DNA of 62,006 nt from Alphaproteobacteria bacterium (lineage in GTDB: Bacteria > Pseudomonadota > Alphaproteobacteria > Rs-D84): positions 1 to 62,006 of the forward strand of contig JAFRSF010000030.1 of assembly GCA_017427715.1 (NCBI GenBank), given 5' to 3'. The notes beneath the pieces were generated by a model, which was not told the origin of the DNA, searched no databases, and worked only from the letters and a program-made list of their open reading frames with translations. Below are positions 16,491 through 25,166 of this stretch, piece after piece (the first letter of the stretch is position 1; every line of letters begins with the position of its first letter). Both the position numbers and the translations under genes were made by a program.

Positions 16491-17144
16491 ATGAAAATTA
16501 GCGAACTTAATTCTGAATATGATAAATTGCAATTACAGTATGGAGCAAAAGAATTGACCGCTATATATAATGGTGGGTGTACTAATAATCCAAATTTTTG
16601 TTTTGTTTTTATGAATCCTACTGGTAAAAATGTTGCATCTAATCCAAATTGGAAAGGAAGAAGATCTCCGTGGATTGGGACTAAAAATATATGGAAATTA
16701 TTTTATAGAATAGGTTTACTTGATGAAAAAATATATATGAATATTATGTCTAAAAAACCACAAGAATGGAACGAAGAGTTTGCAGATTTAGTATATGATG
16801 ATATAGAAAAACATAAATATTTTATAACTAATCTTGGCAAATGTACTCAAATAGATGCTAGAGCATTGCCGGATTTGGTTTTATCTCAATATCTAGATTT
16901 ATTATGCAAAGAGATAGAAATAATAAATCCTAAAACAATCATTACTTTTGGAAATCAAGTTAGTTCTATTGTATTAAATCAAAATATTTCAGTATCACAA
17001 TGTAGAAAACAGAGTTTTTCAAGAATAATTTCTGGCAAGAATTATAATATATATCCGGTTTATTATCCAATAGGAAATGGGATGATGAATATTGGCAAAG
17101 CAATAGAAGATTTGAATTTTATTATAAAAACAAACACTATATGA
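16491..17144 (+). CDS. uracil-DNA glycosylase superfamily protein (SMUG/MUG-like motif)
   Basis: Track ORF is 16389..17144; ATG 16491 follows aaaggtaataataatt. Motif FCFVFMNPTGKN resembles the GMNPG motif 1 of the UDG superfamily. YFITNLGKCTQ resembles the yiTN.vKC block. The C-terminal YYPIGNG sits where the HPS motif normally is. Confidence 0.55.
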   Translation: MKISELNSEYDKLQLQYGAKELTAIYNGGCTNNPNFCFVFMNPTGKNVASNPNWKGRRSPWIGTKNIWKLFYRIGLLDEKIYMNIMSKKPQEWNEEFADLVYDDIEKHKYFITNLGKCTQIDARALPDLVLSQYLDLLCKEIEIINPKTIITFGNQVSSIVLNQNISVSQCRKQSFSRIISGKNYNIYPVYYPIGNGMMNIGKAIEDLNFIIKTNTI

Positions 17145-17276
17145 ATAAATAGATGAATAGTTGCTTGGTATTATATACAGAAAAAGTAATTTTGATAAAA
17201 TGAATGTGATAAATTAAACATGGACAGAATATAATTCTGCGTATAGAATGTGTTACGTAATACAAAGGAATTATCA

Positions 17277-17873
17277 ATGGATAATACACGATTAACCTTG
17301 GACTATTATGATAAAAATGCAGATGCTTATGTCAAAAGTACACAACATGCTGATATGGGTGTTTCTTTAACCAAGTTTTTGAGTTATATCCCAAAAGGTG
17401 GTAAAATCTTAGATCTTGGGTGTGGTTCCGGTAGAGATAGTAAAACTTTTAAAGATGCTGGATTCAAAGTTGTGGCTGTTGATGGTTCAAAAGAATTATG
17501 TAAACAAGCGAGTGAGTTTATAGGTCAAAATGTTATATGTTCTACTTTTCAAGAATATATTCCAAGTGAACAATTTGATGGTATTTGGGCAAATGCATCT
17601 TTACTACATTTGAATGAAAAAGATATGAAATCTGTCATTACCAAATTATCTTTGTATTTAAAAATTTCTGGTTGTTGGTTTATAGCAATCAAATGCGAAG
17701 ATTTTGAAGGTTTTAGAGACAATAGATTTTACAAATCTATGACCAAAGAAACATTTATTGCATTTATGAAACAATTCAAGGATTTACAAATTGATAAAAT
17801 TACAATTACTGTTGATAAACTTGGTCGTGGAAACAGTTGGATAAATGCGTTTGTGTTGAAAAAAGCGAGATAA
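17277..17873 (+). CDS. class I SAM-dependent methyltransferase
   Basis: Motif I ILDLGCGSGRDS, followed by the acidic VVAVDGS post-I motif. ATG 17277 follows aaaggaattatca. Confidence 0.8.
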   Translation: MDNTRLTLDYYDKNADAYVKSTQHADMGVSLTKFLSYIPKGGKILDLGCGSGRDSKTFKDAGFKVVAVDGSKELCKQASEFIGQNVICSTFQEYIPSEQFDGIWANASLLHLNEKDMKSVITKLSLYLKISGCWFIAIKCEDFEGFRDNRFYKSMTKETFIAFMKQFKDLQIDKITITVDKLGRGNSWINAFVLKKAR

Positions 17874-17874
17874 A

Positions 17875-18390
17875 TTAAAGAAATCTATTTACATCAAATT
17901 CAAATTCTGTTTCTGATACATTATCACGTTTTTCGTTTATAAACTCTTTTATTTTTTTACCACCCAATAATTCATATAATTTGCATACTCTACTGCCTGT
18001 TAATGTTCCAGTAGTAAATTTATCTGCACCATCTTGTTTTATACGCTTAGAAAACTCTTTAACCAAACTAAGTGCAAATTTTATATCTCCTATGACAGTG
18101 TCATCGACATAAAGAGCGACAAGTTGCCATATGTTGTTATCATCTTTTCTACCCCATAAATGTCCAACAATCGTATTGTTTTGGGTTGTTATTACAATAT
18201 TTATTTGATTTTTATCACAAATTGTTTTTATTATTTTTTCTCTTCTTGAATCGCTAAGGTATTCAGCCAGTTTTTTATTCAGATATTCTGCAGAATGTAT
18301 ACCAGCAAATGAGCGTTTATAACCAGCGGCACTAATAATTTGTATCGCCTTGGCATCTTCTGGAACAGCATTTCTTATTTGTATATCCAT
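17875..18390 (-). CDS. GNAT family N-acetyltransferase
   Basis: MDIQIRNAVPEDAKAIQ... start, plus a core with VALYVDDTVIGDIKFALSLVKEF...LYELLGG consistent with the GNAT fold. Convergent with the methyltransferase gene, with a 1-nt gap between them. Confidence 0.6.
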   Translation of the reverse strand: MDIQIRNAVPEDAKAIQIISAAGYKRSFAGIHSAEYLNKKLAEYLSDSRREKIIKTICDKNQINIVITTQNNTIVGHLWGRKDDNNIWQLVALYVDDTVIGDIKFALSLVKEFSKRIKQDGADKFTTGTLTGSRVCKLYELLGGKKIKEFINEKRDNVSETEFEFDVNRFL

Positions 18391-18491
18391 TGTTTTTACC
18401 TTTTTCCTAATTTCCACCGTCACATTGTATCATATGTTTTGATTTGTTGTTATTTATTTTTAATTCGAAAGTTTTTTCTAATAAAATTTTA

Positions 18492-18519
18492 TTGACAAAA
18501 ATTAGTATAAATATATAAT
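18492..18519 (+). promoter_or_regulatory. TTGACA-16-TATAAT promoter of tRNA-Gln
   Basis: aTTGACAaaaattagtataaataTATAATagtgctgaaat, followed directly by the tRNA start. Confidence 0.7.
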
Positions 18520-18530
18520 AGTGCTGAAAT

Positions 18531-18604
18531 TGGAGCGTCGTCTAATGGTAGGACAAGAGATTTTGGTTCTCTTTATCATGGTTCGAATCCGTGCGCTCCA
18601 ACCA
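18531..18604 (+). tRNA. tRNA-Gln (anticodon UUG)
   Basis: Hand-folded 74-nt cloverleaf: TGGAGCG TC GTCT AATGGTA GGAC A AGAGA TTTTGGT TCTCT TTAT CATGG TTCGAAT CCGTG CGCTCCA A CCA. The U1-A72 pair is typical of bacterial tRNA-Gln. Confidence 0.9.
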
Positions 18605-18612
18605 ATATTCAA

Positions 18613-18634
18613 ACGCACCCTTGTGGTGCGTTTT
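18613..18634 (+). terminator. terminator after tRNA-Gln (short T-run)
   Basis: acgcacc-cttgt-ggtgcgt followed by tttt. Confidence 0.6.
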
Positions 18635-18778
18635 AATATTGGGTTTGTCGTGCTCGTTTGATTTGAAATCATCGTCCGCCTTTGGCGAGACAGGTTCGAC
18701 TATGAGTAAACGAAAACAAGCCTTGCGCAGTTTGAGTACTAACGAATGCGGCGCAGTGTCGGCATAGCCGACCGAGCC

Positions 18779-18798
18779 AATCCGTGCGCTCCAACCAA
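18779..18798 (+). repeat. exact 20-nt copy of the tRNA-Gln 3' end (att-like direct repeat)
   Basis: aatccgtgcgctccaaccaa occurs at 18586-18605 (inside the tRNA) and again at 18779-18798. Confidence 0.9.
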
Positions 18799-18806
18799 GA
18801 TTTGTG

Positions 18807-18830
18807 CCGGTTTAAGACCGGTTTTTGTTT
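18807..18830 (+). terminator. terminator following the duplicated tRNA-Gln 3' end
   Basis: ccggt-ttaag-accgg followed by tttttgtttt. Confidence 0.65.
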
Positions 18831-18934
18831 TCTTATGATGATTCTTATCCGATTCGATTTTTGATACACAGATTCACCAATAAGGGATATATTTACATAT
18901 ATTATAAATTATTAAATTTTTTAATATTTATCCC

Positions 18935-18962
18935 TTGACTTTATTTTTAATATACATATAAT
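18935..18962 (+). promoter_or_regulatory. TTGACT-16-TATAAT promoter of the marR-efflux operon
   Basis: ccTTGACTttatttttaatatacaTATAATcg. It is flanked by the AT-rich inverted repeat aagggata...tatccctt (18893-18935), a candidate MarR operator. Confidence 0.6.
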
Positions 18963-19013
18963 CGTTAAAGTTTTTAATGATTTAATAATTAAATAATAGC
19001 AAAAGGGGCAATT

Positions 19014-19463
19014 ATGACACACACAGAAGTGACAACATTGATGGCGGAAAATATGCGCCTTATGGGACATTTGGCCAACAGATTGCAGCCATTATTTGAA
19101 GAAACCAGTAAAAATACCAGACAACAAATGTTCATTTTGGTGCGGTTATATTTGACCGGTAAAATCAAGTTAAAAGATTTTGCCTTCATAGAAGTTATGT
19201 CTACGGCTAATTTGTGTAGTGTGTTCAAAAAATTAGAACAAGATAAATTGGTTGTGCGTTCTACAGACCCCAATGATCATCGTGATACGTGGTATGAAGT
19301 GACCAAGGCCGGTAAAAATTTGGCTGAAAAAATCATTGACAAATATATGTCTGCTTTGGAATCTTTATGTCGCGTTTTGCCAGAACAAGATCAAAATACG
19401 CTGACAGAAACAATTAAAACAGCAAACGGTATCTTAAAAAAGATGGAGAAATTAAATGCGTAA
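19014..19463 (+). CDS. MarR family transcriptional regulator
   Basis: Winged-helix segment QQMFILVRLYLTGKIKLKDFAFIEVMSTANLCSVFKKLEQDKLVVRSTDPNDHRDTWYEVTKAGKNL. Confidence 0.8.
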   Translation: MTHTEVTTLMAENMRLMGHLANRLQPLFEETSKNTRQQMFILVRLYLTGKIKLKDFAFIEVMSTANLCSVFKKLEQDKLVVRSTDPNDHRDTWYEVTKAGKNLAEKIIDKYMSALESLCRVLPEQDQNTLTETIKTANGILKKMEKLNA

Positions 19464-20763
19464 TATATGGTATGGTATTTTAACATTAATTGCGATTATG
19501 CCGAATGCATATGCTTTGGATTTATCGTTAAATCAGGCGGTTGAAAAAATAATGTCCCAATCTAATGATGTCAAGAAAGCAGATGCAAATATAAAAAAAG
19601 CCAAAGCACAATTGGATGCAGTTAATGCAAATCGCTGGATGTCCATAGATGGTACTGTATCTTATATGAATTTGGTGAATGTAAAACATCCAACCAGTTC
19701 CCAAGGTGTTGAAATACCATCTGATATCGGTGCGATTTTGGGTAATGTTTTACCGATTAATGATATTCCAGACAATATTTTTTCAGCAGGTGTTCAAATA
19801 ACACAACCGATTTATACTTTCGGTAAAATAGGTCATGCGGTTGATGCAATGCATGATGCCATAGACATATCCAAATCGGCCAAAGATTTAACAACCCGTG
19901 AAGTAAAATATGCGGCTGCAAATCTGTATTGGACCGCAAAAATGACAGAAGAAATCGTAGCAGTCAGTCAACGTAATTTAAATAATGCGCGTTCTGCTAA
20001 GAAAAAATTAACAGATGCGGGTCGTGCAAATCGCAGTAATCTAATTAAAATTGAATCTGATATTGCTACAAAAGAAATTGCTTTGTCTGATGCGATATTT
20101 AATCGTGATACCGCATTCAGAATGTTGAAAATTATGGCGGGTATAGATATTGAAGAAGATTTGGTTCTAACAGATAACTTTCCGGATACATTTGCACCGT
20201 TAAAACAGATTTCGTTGAAATCAAATCCAGAATGGGACATTTATCAAAAACAGATAAAGATGTATGAATCAAACGCGTCTTCTAAGCGTGCGGGGGGATA
20301 TCCTACATTGGCGGCAATTGGTTCGTATTCTTTGTATTCTATGGGACCAGATGCAGGTCACATGTTTGACAAAGAAGGTTCGCAATCTGCTTACTGGGGC
20401 TTGGCACTTCAGGTACCTTTATTTACAGGTGGTTTGCATTCTGCGAACGCGACCATAGAAGCAATGAATGCAGAATCTGTACGTCAAGATTTAGATAAAT
20501 CTAAAAAAATCAAAACAGAAGAATACAACACAGCGGTAAAACAATATAAACATTTGTGCGATAATTTGGGCAAATTAAAAGAAGCATATCTTTTGGCGCA
20601 GAAAGCATACGATGTTTCAGTAAAACGATTTGCGGCAGGTCAAACATCAGCGATTGAATTGTCTGATGTATCATCCGCGTTGTATCAAATGGATATGGCT
20701 TTGTTAAATGCGAAATATAATATATTGATGTCAGAACAAACGGTAAAAAAATTAGGTGAATAA
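19456..20763 (+). CDS. TolC family outer-membrane efflux protein
   Basis: 435 aa with signal peptide. It has the two-fold repeated coiled-coil/beta pattern typical of OEP/TolC proteins and overlaps the marR stop by 8 nt. Confidence 0.8.
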   Translation: MRNIWYGILTLIAIMPNAYALDLSLNQAVEKIMSQSNDVKKADANIKKAKAQLDAVNANRWMSIDGTVSYMNLVNVKHPTSSQGVEIPSDIGAILGNVLPINDIPDNIFSAGVQITQPIYTFGKIGHAVDAMHDAIDISKSAKDLTTREVKYAAANLYWTAKMTEEIVAVSQRNLNNARSAKKKLTDAGRANRSNLIKIESDIATKEIALSDAIFNRDTAFRMLKIMAGIDIEEDLVLTDNFPDTFAPLKQISLKSNPEWDIYQKQIKMYESNASSKRAGGYPTLAAIGSYSLYSMGPDAGHMFDKEGSQSAYWGLALQVPLFTGGLHSANATIEAMNAESVRQDLDKSKKIKTEEYNTAVKQYKHLCDNLGKLKEAYLLAQKAYDVSVKRFAAGQTSAIELSDVSSALYQMDMALLNAKYNILMSEQTVKKLGE

Positions 20764-20764
20764 A

Positions 20765-21379
20765 ATGACCACGGAAAAAATAGAACATTTTGTTAAAAAA
20801 CTGAAAACACGTAAATATAAAAATATTATTTATGTAATATTTATCTGTTTTATAGTTGGGATATTTGCACTTAGATTTTATACTGTTGCTATGGAAAGAA
20901 ATCGTAAAGTATTTAATATAGCACGCAATAATATTGCAAATGGTACACCTGTACATGTTCTTGAAATGCATGAAACTGATGGCGTTTTGTACGAACCATT
21001 AAATATTAAAAATAATCGTGCATATGTATCTGGCGCGCGTGTAAAGATGTTTAATGTCGGACAAAGTTTAGGCGATTGTAAAATAATTTCTGTGTCTAAT
21101 AACATAGATTTAGATTCTGGTATGTATATTATAAAAACGAAAAAATGTTCCGATGGATTAAAATATGCACAAAACAAACAATATGGTTTTTTTGTTCCTT
21201 TGTCAGCAGTATCTGGCAACGCCGTATACGTTGTAAATGCTGGGGTTGCAAATGTTCGTAAAATTGAAATTGTTTCACGTGATTCACAAAATGTTTTGGT
21301 CAAATCTGGACTAGAAAATGGTGATATGGTGATTTTATCAGATGTTAGAAATAATGAAAAAATTCAAATTGTAAAATAA
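20765..21379 (+). CDS. short efflux periplasmic adaptor (MFP) apparently lacking the alpha-hairpin
   Basis: N-terminal TM segment. The C-terminus AVYVVNAGVANVRKIEIVSRDSQNVLVKSGLENGDMVILS matches the beta-barrel/membrane-proximal signature of HlyD/AcrA adaptors. Only ~204 aa. ATG 20765 follows an AGGTGA SD. Confidence 0.6.
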   Translation: MTTEKIEHFVKKLKTRKYKNIIYVIFICFIVGIFALRFYTVAMERNRKVFNIARNNIANGTPVHVLEMHETDGVLYEPLNIKNNRAYVSGARVKMFNVGQSLGDCKIISVSNNIDLDSGMYIIKTKKCSDGLKYAQNKQYGFFVPLSAVSGNAVYVVNAGVANVRKIEIVSRDSQNVLVKSGLENGDMVILSDVRNNEKIQIVK

Positions 21380-21398
21380 TCAAGCAAAGGAAAATAAA

Positions 21399-24300
21399 AT
21401 GTTAAAGTTCTTTATTCGTAAACCTGTCACAACGATAATGTTTGTTTTGTTTTTTGTGATTTTGGGATTAGTGTCTTTTCCAAAAATGAATATAGAACGT
21501 ACACCATCTGTAGATTTTCCATATGTGACGGTGACGTTTGTTTATCCAGGTGCTTCTTCTGCTGAAATAGAAAGTCAGGTTGTAAAGAAAGCCGAAAATG
21601 CCATGTCTGAAATTGCAGGTGTGAAGAAAATCACAGCCCAAGTTTTTGAAAACAGTGCCTATGTTATATCTGAATTTAATTTGGGTGTAAATGTTGATGA
21701 CAAAGCGAACGAAGTCAAAGCGAAAATAGATGGTCTTGCAAATGAATTTCCAACTGATTTGAAACAACCTGTTATTGCAAAACTAAATCCTTTACAACAA
21801 GCAGTTTTGGATATTGTGATTCAGGGCGCAGACCCAAAAGATTTACAAAAATACATAGAAGACGTTTTATCAAATAAAATTACAGCTGTGCGCGGTGTTG
21901 CGTCCGTAAATACGTTTGGTGGTTTAACGCGTGCTGTACGTGTTGCGATGGATCCAGATTTAATGGCTGCACGTGGTATAACTGTAAACGATATAGTAAA
22001 TGCAATTGCTGTACATAATATAAATATTCCCGGTGGCAAAATTGAAACAGATATAAATGCTGAAAATGTTCGCTTTATTGGTGAATTTAACAGTGTTCAA
22101 GAAATTGCAGATTTAGAAATAACAACCGTCGAAGGTGATACTTTTAAATTATCAGAAATCGCAGATGTTCGTGACGCAACACGTGATATAGACAAAGGCG
22201 CAAGATATAATGGCCAAGATGTTGTGATAATGTCCGTGGTCAAAGCATCAGATGGTAATGCAATAAAAATATCACAAGCATTACATAAAAAGATGCCAGA
22301 ATTACAGAATCAATTGCAAACTGTTTTTCCAAATGCCGTCATGCAAATTGTTTCTGATACTTCGGTGACTGTATCTAATGCGACATCGGATACAATAAAT
22401 GGTATTATATTGGGGATTGTATTTACAGTTCTTGTGTTGTTGGGTTTCACACGTAATTGGCGTTCAACTATTATTGCTGGTGTAGTGATACCCGCTTCGT
22501 TGTTATCAGGATTTTTCTTGATGAACGGCAGCGGTTTTACAATTAATACGATGACGTTGTTGGCATATGCAACAGCATTAGGAACATTGGTATCAAACGC
22601 GATTATTTTGATTGAATCAGCATTAACAGAATTGCAATCTGGTAAAACCCCAGACCAAGCAGCAGAAGATGGAACTCGTAAAGTTGCAGTTCCTGTATTG
22701 GCAGGCGTTGGAACAAATGTTGTTGTATTTTTACCTTTGGCATTTATGGGTGGAATTGTAGGTCAATTTATGTTGCAGTTTGGTATGACAGTGGTTTATT
22801 TGACATTGTTATCTTTGTTATTTTCGTTTACTTTGACTCCAATGATGATTGCAAAATTATTAAGATTGCAACATAAAAGCAAGCAAGATATCAAAGAAAC
22901 AAAAGTACGCAACAATTCTTCACGGTTGCATACGTGGTATGAATATCAATCAAAACATCCGTGGATTGTAATTTTGGTTGCAATTTTCGTTTTGATATTT
23001 TCTGCGCGATTAACGGGTTATATTGGTAACGAATTTTCGCCCGCCACAGATGCCAGTGAAATCACAATTACTGCGCGTACACCAATGGGATCGGTTTATG
23101 CGAAATCCGAATCCATAGCCAAAGAAATTGAAAAACGTGTTGCGCAATTTCCAGAAATTAAATCTACTACTGTGAAGATAGGCGACAAAGGTTTACAAAA
23201 TATTAATATAAAATTATCGCTGGTTGATGTGGATAAACGCAAAATGTCGGATAAACAACTTGCACAAAAAATATTACCAGCATTATCTGATATCGCAGAT
23301 GCCGAAATACAAATTCGAGCGGGTGAAAATATGTCTAGTGCAGGTATCAGTTCTGATATGGTGTTAAATGTATTTGGTGAAGATGATGCAAAGCGTATTT
23401 CATATGCAAATCAAATTATTGAACATGTGAATAATATAGAAGCAGTGCAAAGTGCAGTTCTGGCACAGCAAAATCCGGCTAATGAAATCAGATTTATTCC
23501 AAACAATGAACAAATGAATTTTTGGGGTGTAAAGAATGCCACTGCTGGTTCAACATTGCGTACGGCATTATTTGGAAATGATACGTATAAATACAAAGAA
23601 AACGGGGACGAATATCCAATCATATTGGAATTTGATAAACATTTTAAAAGTCAATCTATGTTTGATAATGTATATGTTAATTCAAAAAAGGGTATGGTTG
23701 CATTGTCACAATTGGGGAATATAGAAAATGTTCCTGCTACGTCAAATATTTACCGTCTTGATAAAAATAGAATTACAGAAATAGATATCAATATTGGTAA
23801 ATCAACAATTGGTCCTGTGCAAGCAGAAATCCAACAATATCTGGATACACTAGATTGGGAACCGGGTTACAGTGCATCTTTTGCGGGTATGTCTGAAATT
23901 CAGGCAGAAAGTACAAGTGAAATTGCGCAAGCATTCTTGTTGGCTACAATTTTGACATTTATGTTGTTGGCTGCGATTATGAATTCTTTTGTACATCCGT
24001 TTACAATTGCAACTTCTATTATCACCAGTTTTGCAGGTGTGTTTGTCGTATTGTTTTTATCAGGTGCATCATTAAATGTTGGTGCTATGTTGGCATTTAT
24101 TATGTTGGTTGGTTTGGTTGTGAATAATAATATTTTGGTTTTGGAACCTACTGTGGCACGTGTACAAAATGGTGAAGATGCACATACTGCATTATGGTCA
24201 GAATTGATGGATAAAAAGCGTATGATTTGGATGACAACAATTGCGGTTGTTGCTGGAATGGTACCACAATTATGGTCCAATGATGGATTAAAAGTTGCGA

Positions 24301-24416
24301 TGGGTGCAGTAATGATTGGTGGTATGTGTGCATCTTTGGTGTGGACATTTTGTTTGACACCTGCATTATTCTTTGTCATGGAAAAATTGCGTATAAAATT
24401 CAAGAAATCAAAATAA
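21399..24416 (+). CDS. RND family efflux transporter (AcrB/AcrD/AcrF type)
   Basis: 1005 aa with 12-TM and two-large-loop architecture. The N-terminus MLKFFIRKPVTTIMFVLFFVILGLVSF is typical of HAE1 pumps. Confidence 0.92.
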   Translation: MLKFFIRKPVTTIMFVLFFVILGLVSFPKMNIERTPSVDFPYVTVTFVYPGASSAEIESQVVKKAENAMSEIAGVKKITAQVFENSAYVISEFNLGVNVDDKANEVKAKIDGLANEFPTDLKQPVIAKLNPLQQAVLDIVIQGADPKDLQKYIEDVLSNKITAVRGVASVNTFGGLTRAVRVAMDPDLMAARGITVNDIVNAIAVHNINIPGGKIETDINAENVRFIGEFNSVQEIADLEITTVEGDTFKLSEIADVRDATRDIDKGARYNGQDVVIMSVVKASDGNAIKISQALHKKMPELQNQLQTVFPNAVMQIVSDTSVTVSNATSDTINGIILGIVFTVLVLLGFTRNWRSTIIAGVVIPASLLSGFFLMNGSGFTINTMTLLAYATALGTLVSNAIILIESALTELQSGKTPDQAAEDGTRKVAVPVLAGVGTNVVVFLPLAFMGGIVGQFMLQFGMTVVYLTLLSLLFSFTLTPMMIAKLLRLQHKSKQDIKETKVRNNSSRLHTWYEYQSKHPWIVILVAIFVLIFSARLTGYIGNEFSPATDASEITITARTPMGSVYAKSESIAKEIEKRVAQFPEIKSTTVKIGDKGLQNINIKLSLVDVDKRKMSDKQLAQKILPALSDIADAEIQIRAGENMSSAGISSDMVLNVFGEDDAKRISYANQIIEHVNNIEAVQSAVLAQQNPANEIRFIPNNEQMNFWGVKNATAGSTLRTALFGNDTYKYKENGDEYPIILEFDKHFKSQSMFDNVYVNSKKGMVALSQLGNIENVPATSNIYRLDKNRITEIDINIGKSTIGPVQAEIQQYLDTLDWEPGYSASFAGMSEIQAESTSEIAQAFLLATILTFMLLAAIMNSFVHPFTIATSIITSFAGVFVVLFLSGASLNVGAMLAFIMLVGLVVNNNILVLEPTVARVQNGEDAHTALWSELMDKKRMIWMTTIAVVAGMVPQLWSNDGLKVAMGAVMIGGMCASLVWTFCLTPALFFVMEKLRIKFKKSK

Positions 24417-24489
24417 GTTTGATATGGGAATGTTTTGATGTTATAATGGCGACACTTGTAAATAATAACACAAACAAGAGAATAAAAAA

Positions 24490-25092
24490 ATGTTGAAAAA
24501 AGTAGATGTCGTTGTATTTGATTTTGATGGAACATTATCTGCGGGGGATTCTAATATTGATTTTGGTAAATATTGTTTCAAACATTCAATCAGACCTTGG
24601 GTGTGTGTACCATCTATGATATTTGCGCTGATTGTAAAAGTTTTTAATCCGGGTGGGGCATGGTGGCGTCAGAAGATGCACGGGTTTTTAACACCAAAAA
24701 TGGTGCGTGATTTTGCGCCGGTATTTATTAAACAACATAAACAGAAAAGATTTGGCTGGGCCAAAGAACAAGTTGCCAAAGAACGTACCAAAGGAAACAA
24801 AGTCGTTTTAATTTCAGCAAGTCCAGATTATTTGGTTCCCAAATTGGTTTCAGATATAAAATTTGATGCAGTGTTAACATCTAAAATGCACAAAGATAAA
24901 CCATGGAAATATAATTTTGTGTGCTGGGGTAAAAACAAAGTTGTTGCGCTAGATAATTGGGCAAAAGAAAATAAAATTATTCCGAATGTTGTGCGTTCGT
25001 ATTCAGACAGTTATTCTGATATGCCGTTGATGAACATTGCCAAAGAACGTGTCTGGATAGACAACAAGACAGGTCTGCGCACAGACAAATAA
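24490..25092 (+). CDS. HAD-IB family hydrolase
   Basis: Motif I VVVFDFDGTLS, motif II LISASP, motif III/IV K...SYSDSYSDMPLM. Confidence 0.75.
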   Translation: MLKKVDVVVFDFDGTLSAGDSNIDFGKYCFKHSIRPWVCVPSMIFALIVKVFNPGGAWWRQKMHGFLTPKMVRDFAPVFIKQHKQKRFGWAKEQVAKERTKGNKVVLISASPDYLVPKLVSDIKFDAVLTSKMHKDKPWKYNFVCWGKNKVVALDNWAKENKIIPNVVRSYSDSYSDMPLMNIAKERVWIDNKTGLRTDK

Positions 25093-25095
25093 AAA

Positions 25096-25135
25096 CAACA
25101 AAAAATGCCGGCAAATACTGGCATTTTTTTGTTGT
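25096..25135. terminator. long palindromic terminator
   Basis: caacaaaaaatgcc-ggcaaatact-ggcatttttttgttg. Confidence 0.8.
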
Positions 25136-25166
25136 TTGGTAAAAGATTTTATGATAAAATATCTAC

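Noticed and set aside
18669-18869. Track ORF 18669..18869 (-), 66 aa, and a 21-codon plus-strand ORF (MSKRKQALRSLSTNECGAVSA)
   Set aside because: Both lie within the tRNA-Gln repeat module, cross terminator hairpins and have no SD. I also considered the plus-strand ORF as a tmRNA tag, but the module (~115 nt from the GGTTCGAC motif to ACCA) is far too short and its acceptor end copies tRNA-Gln, not tRNA-Ala identity.
20510-20971. 153-aa minus-strand ORF across the tolC/adaptor junction
   Set aside because: It is antisense to two operon genes with clear family signatures, and it has AT-rich junk composition.
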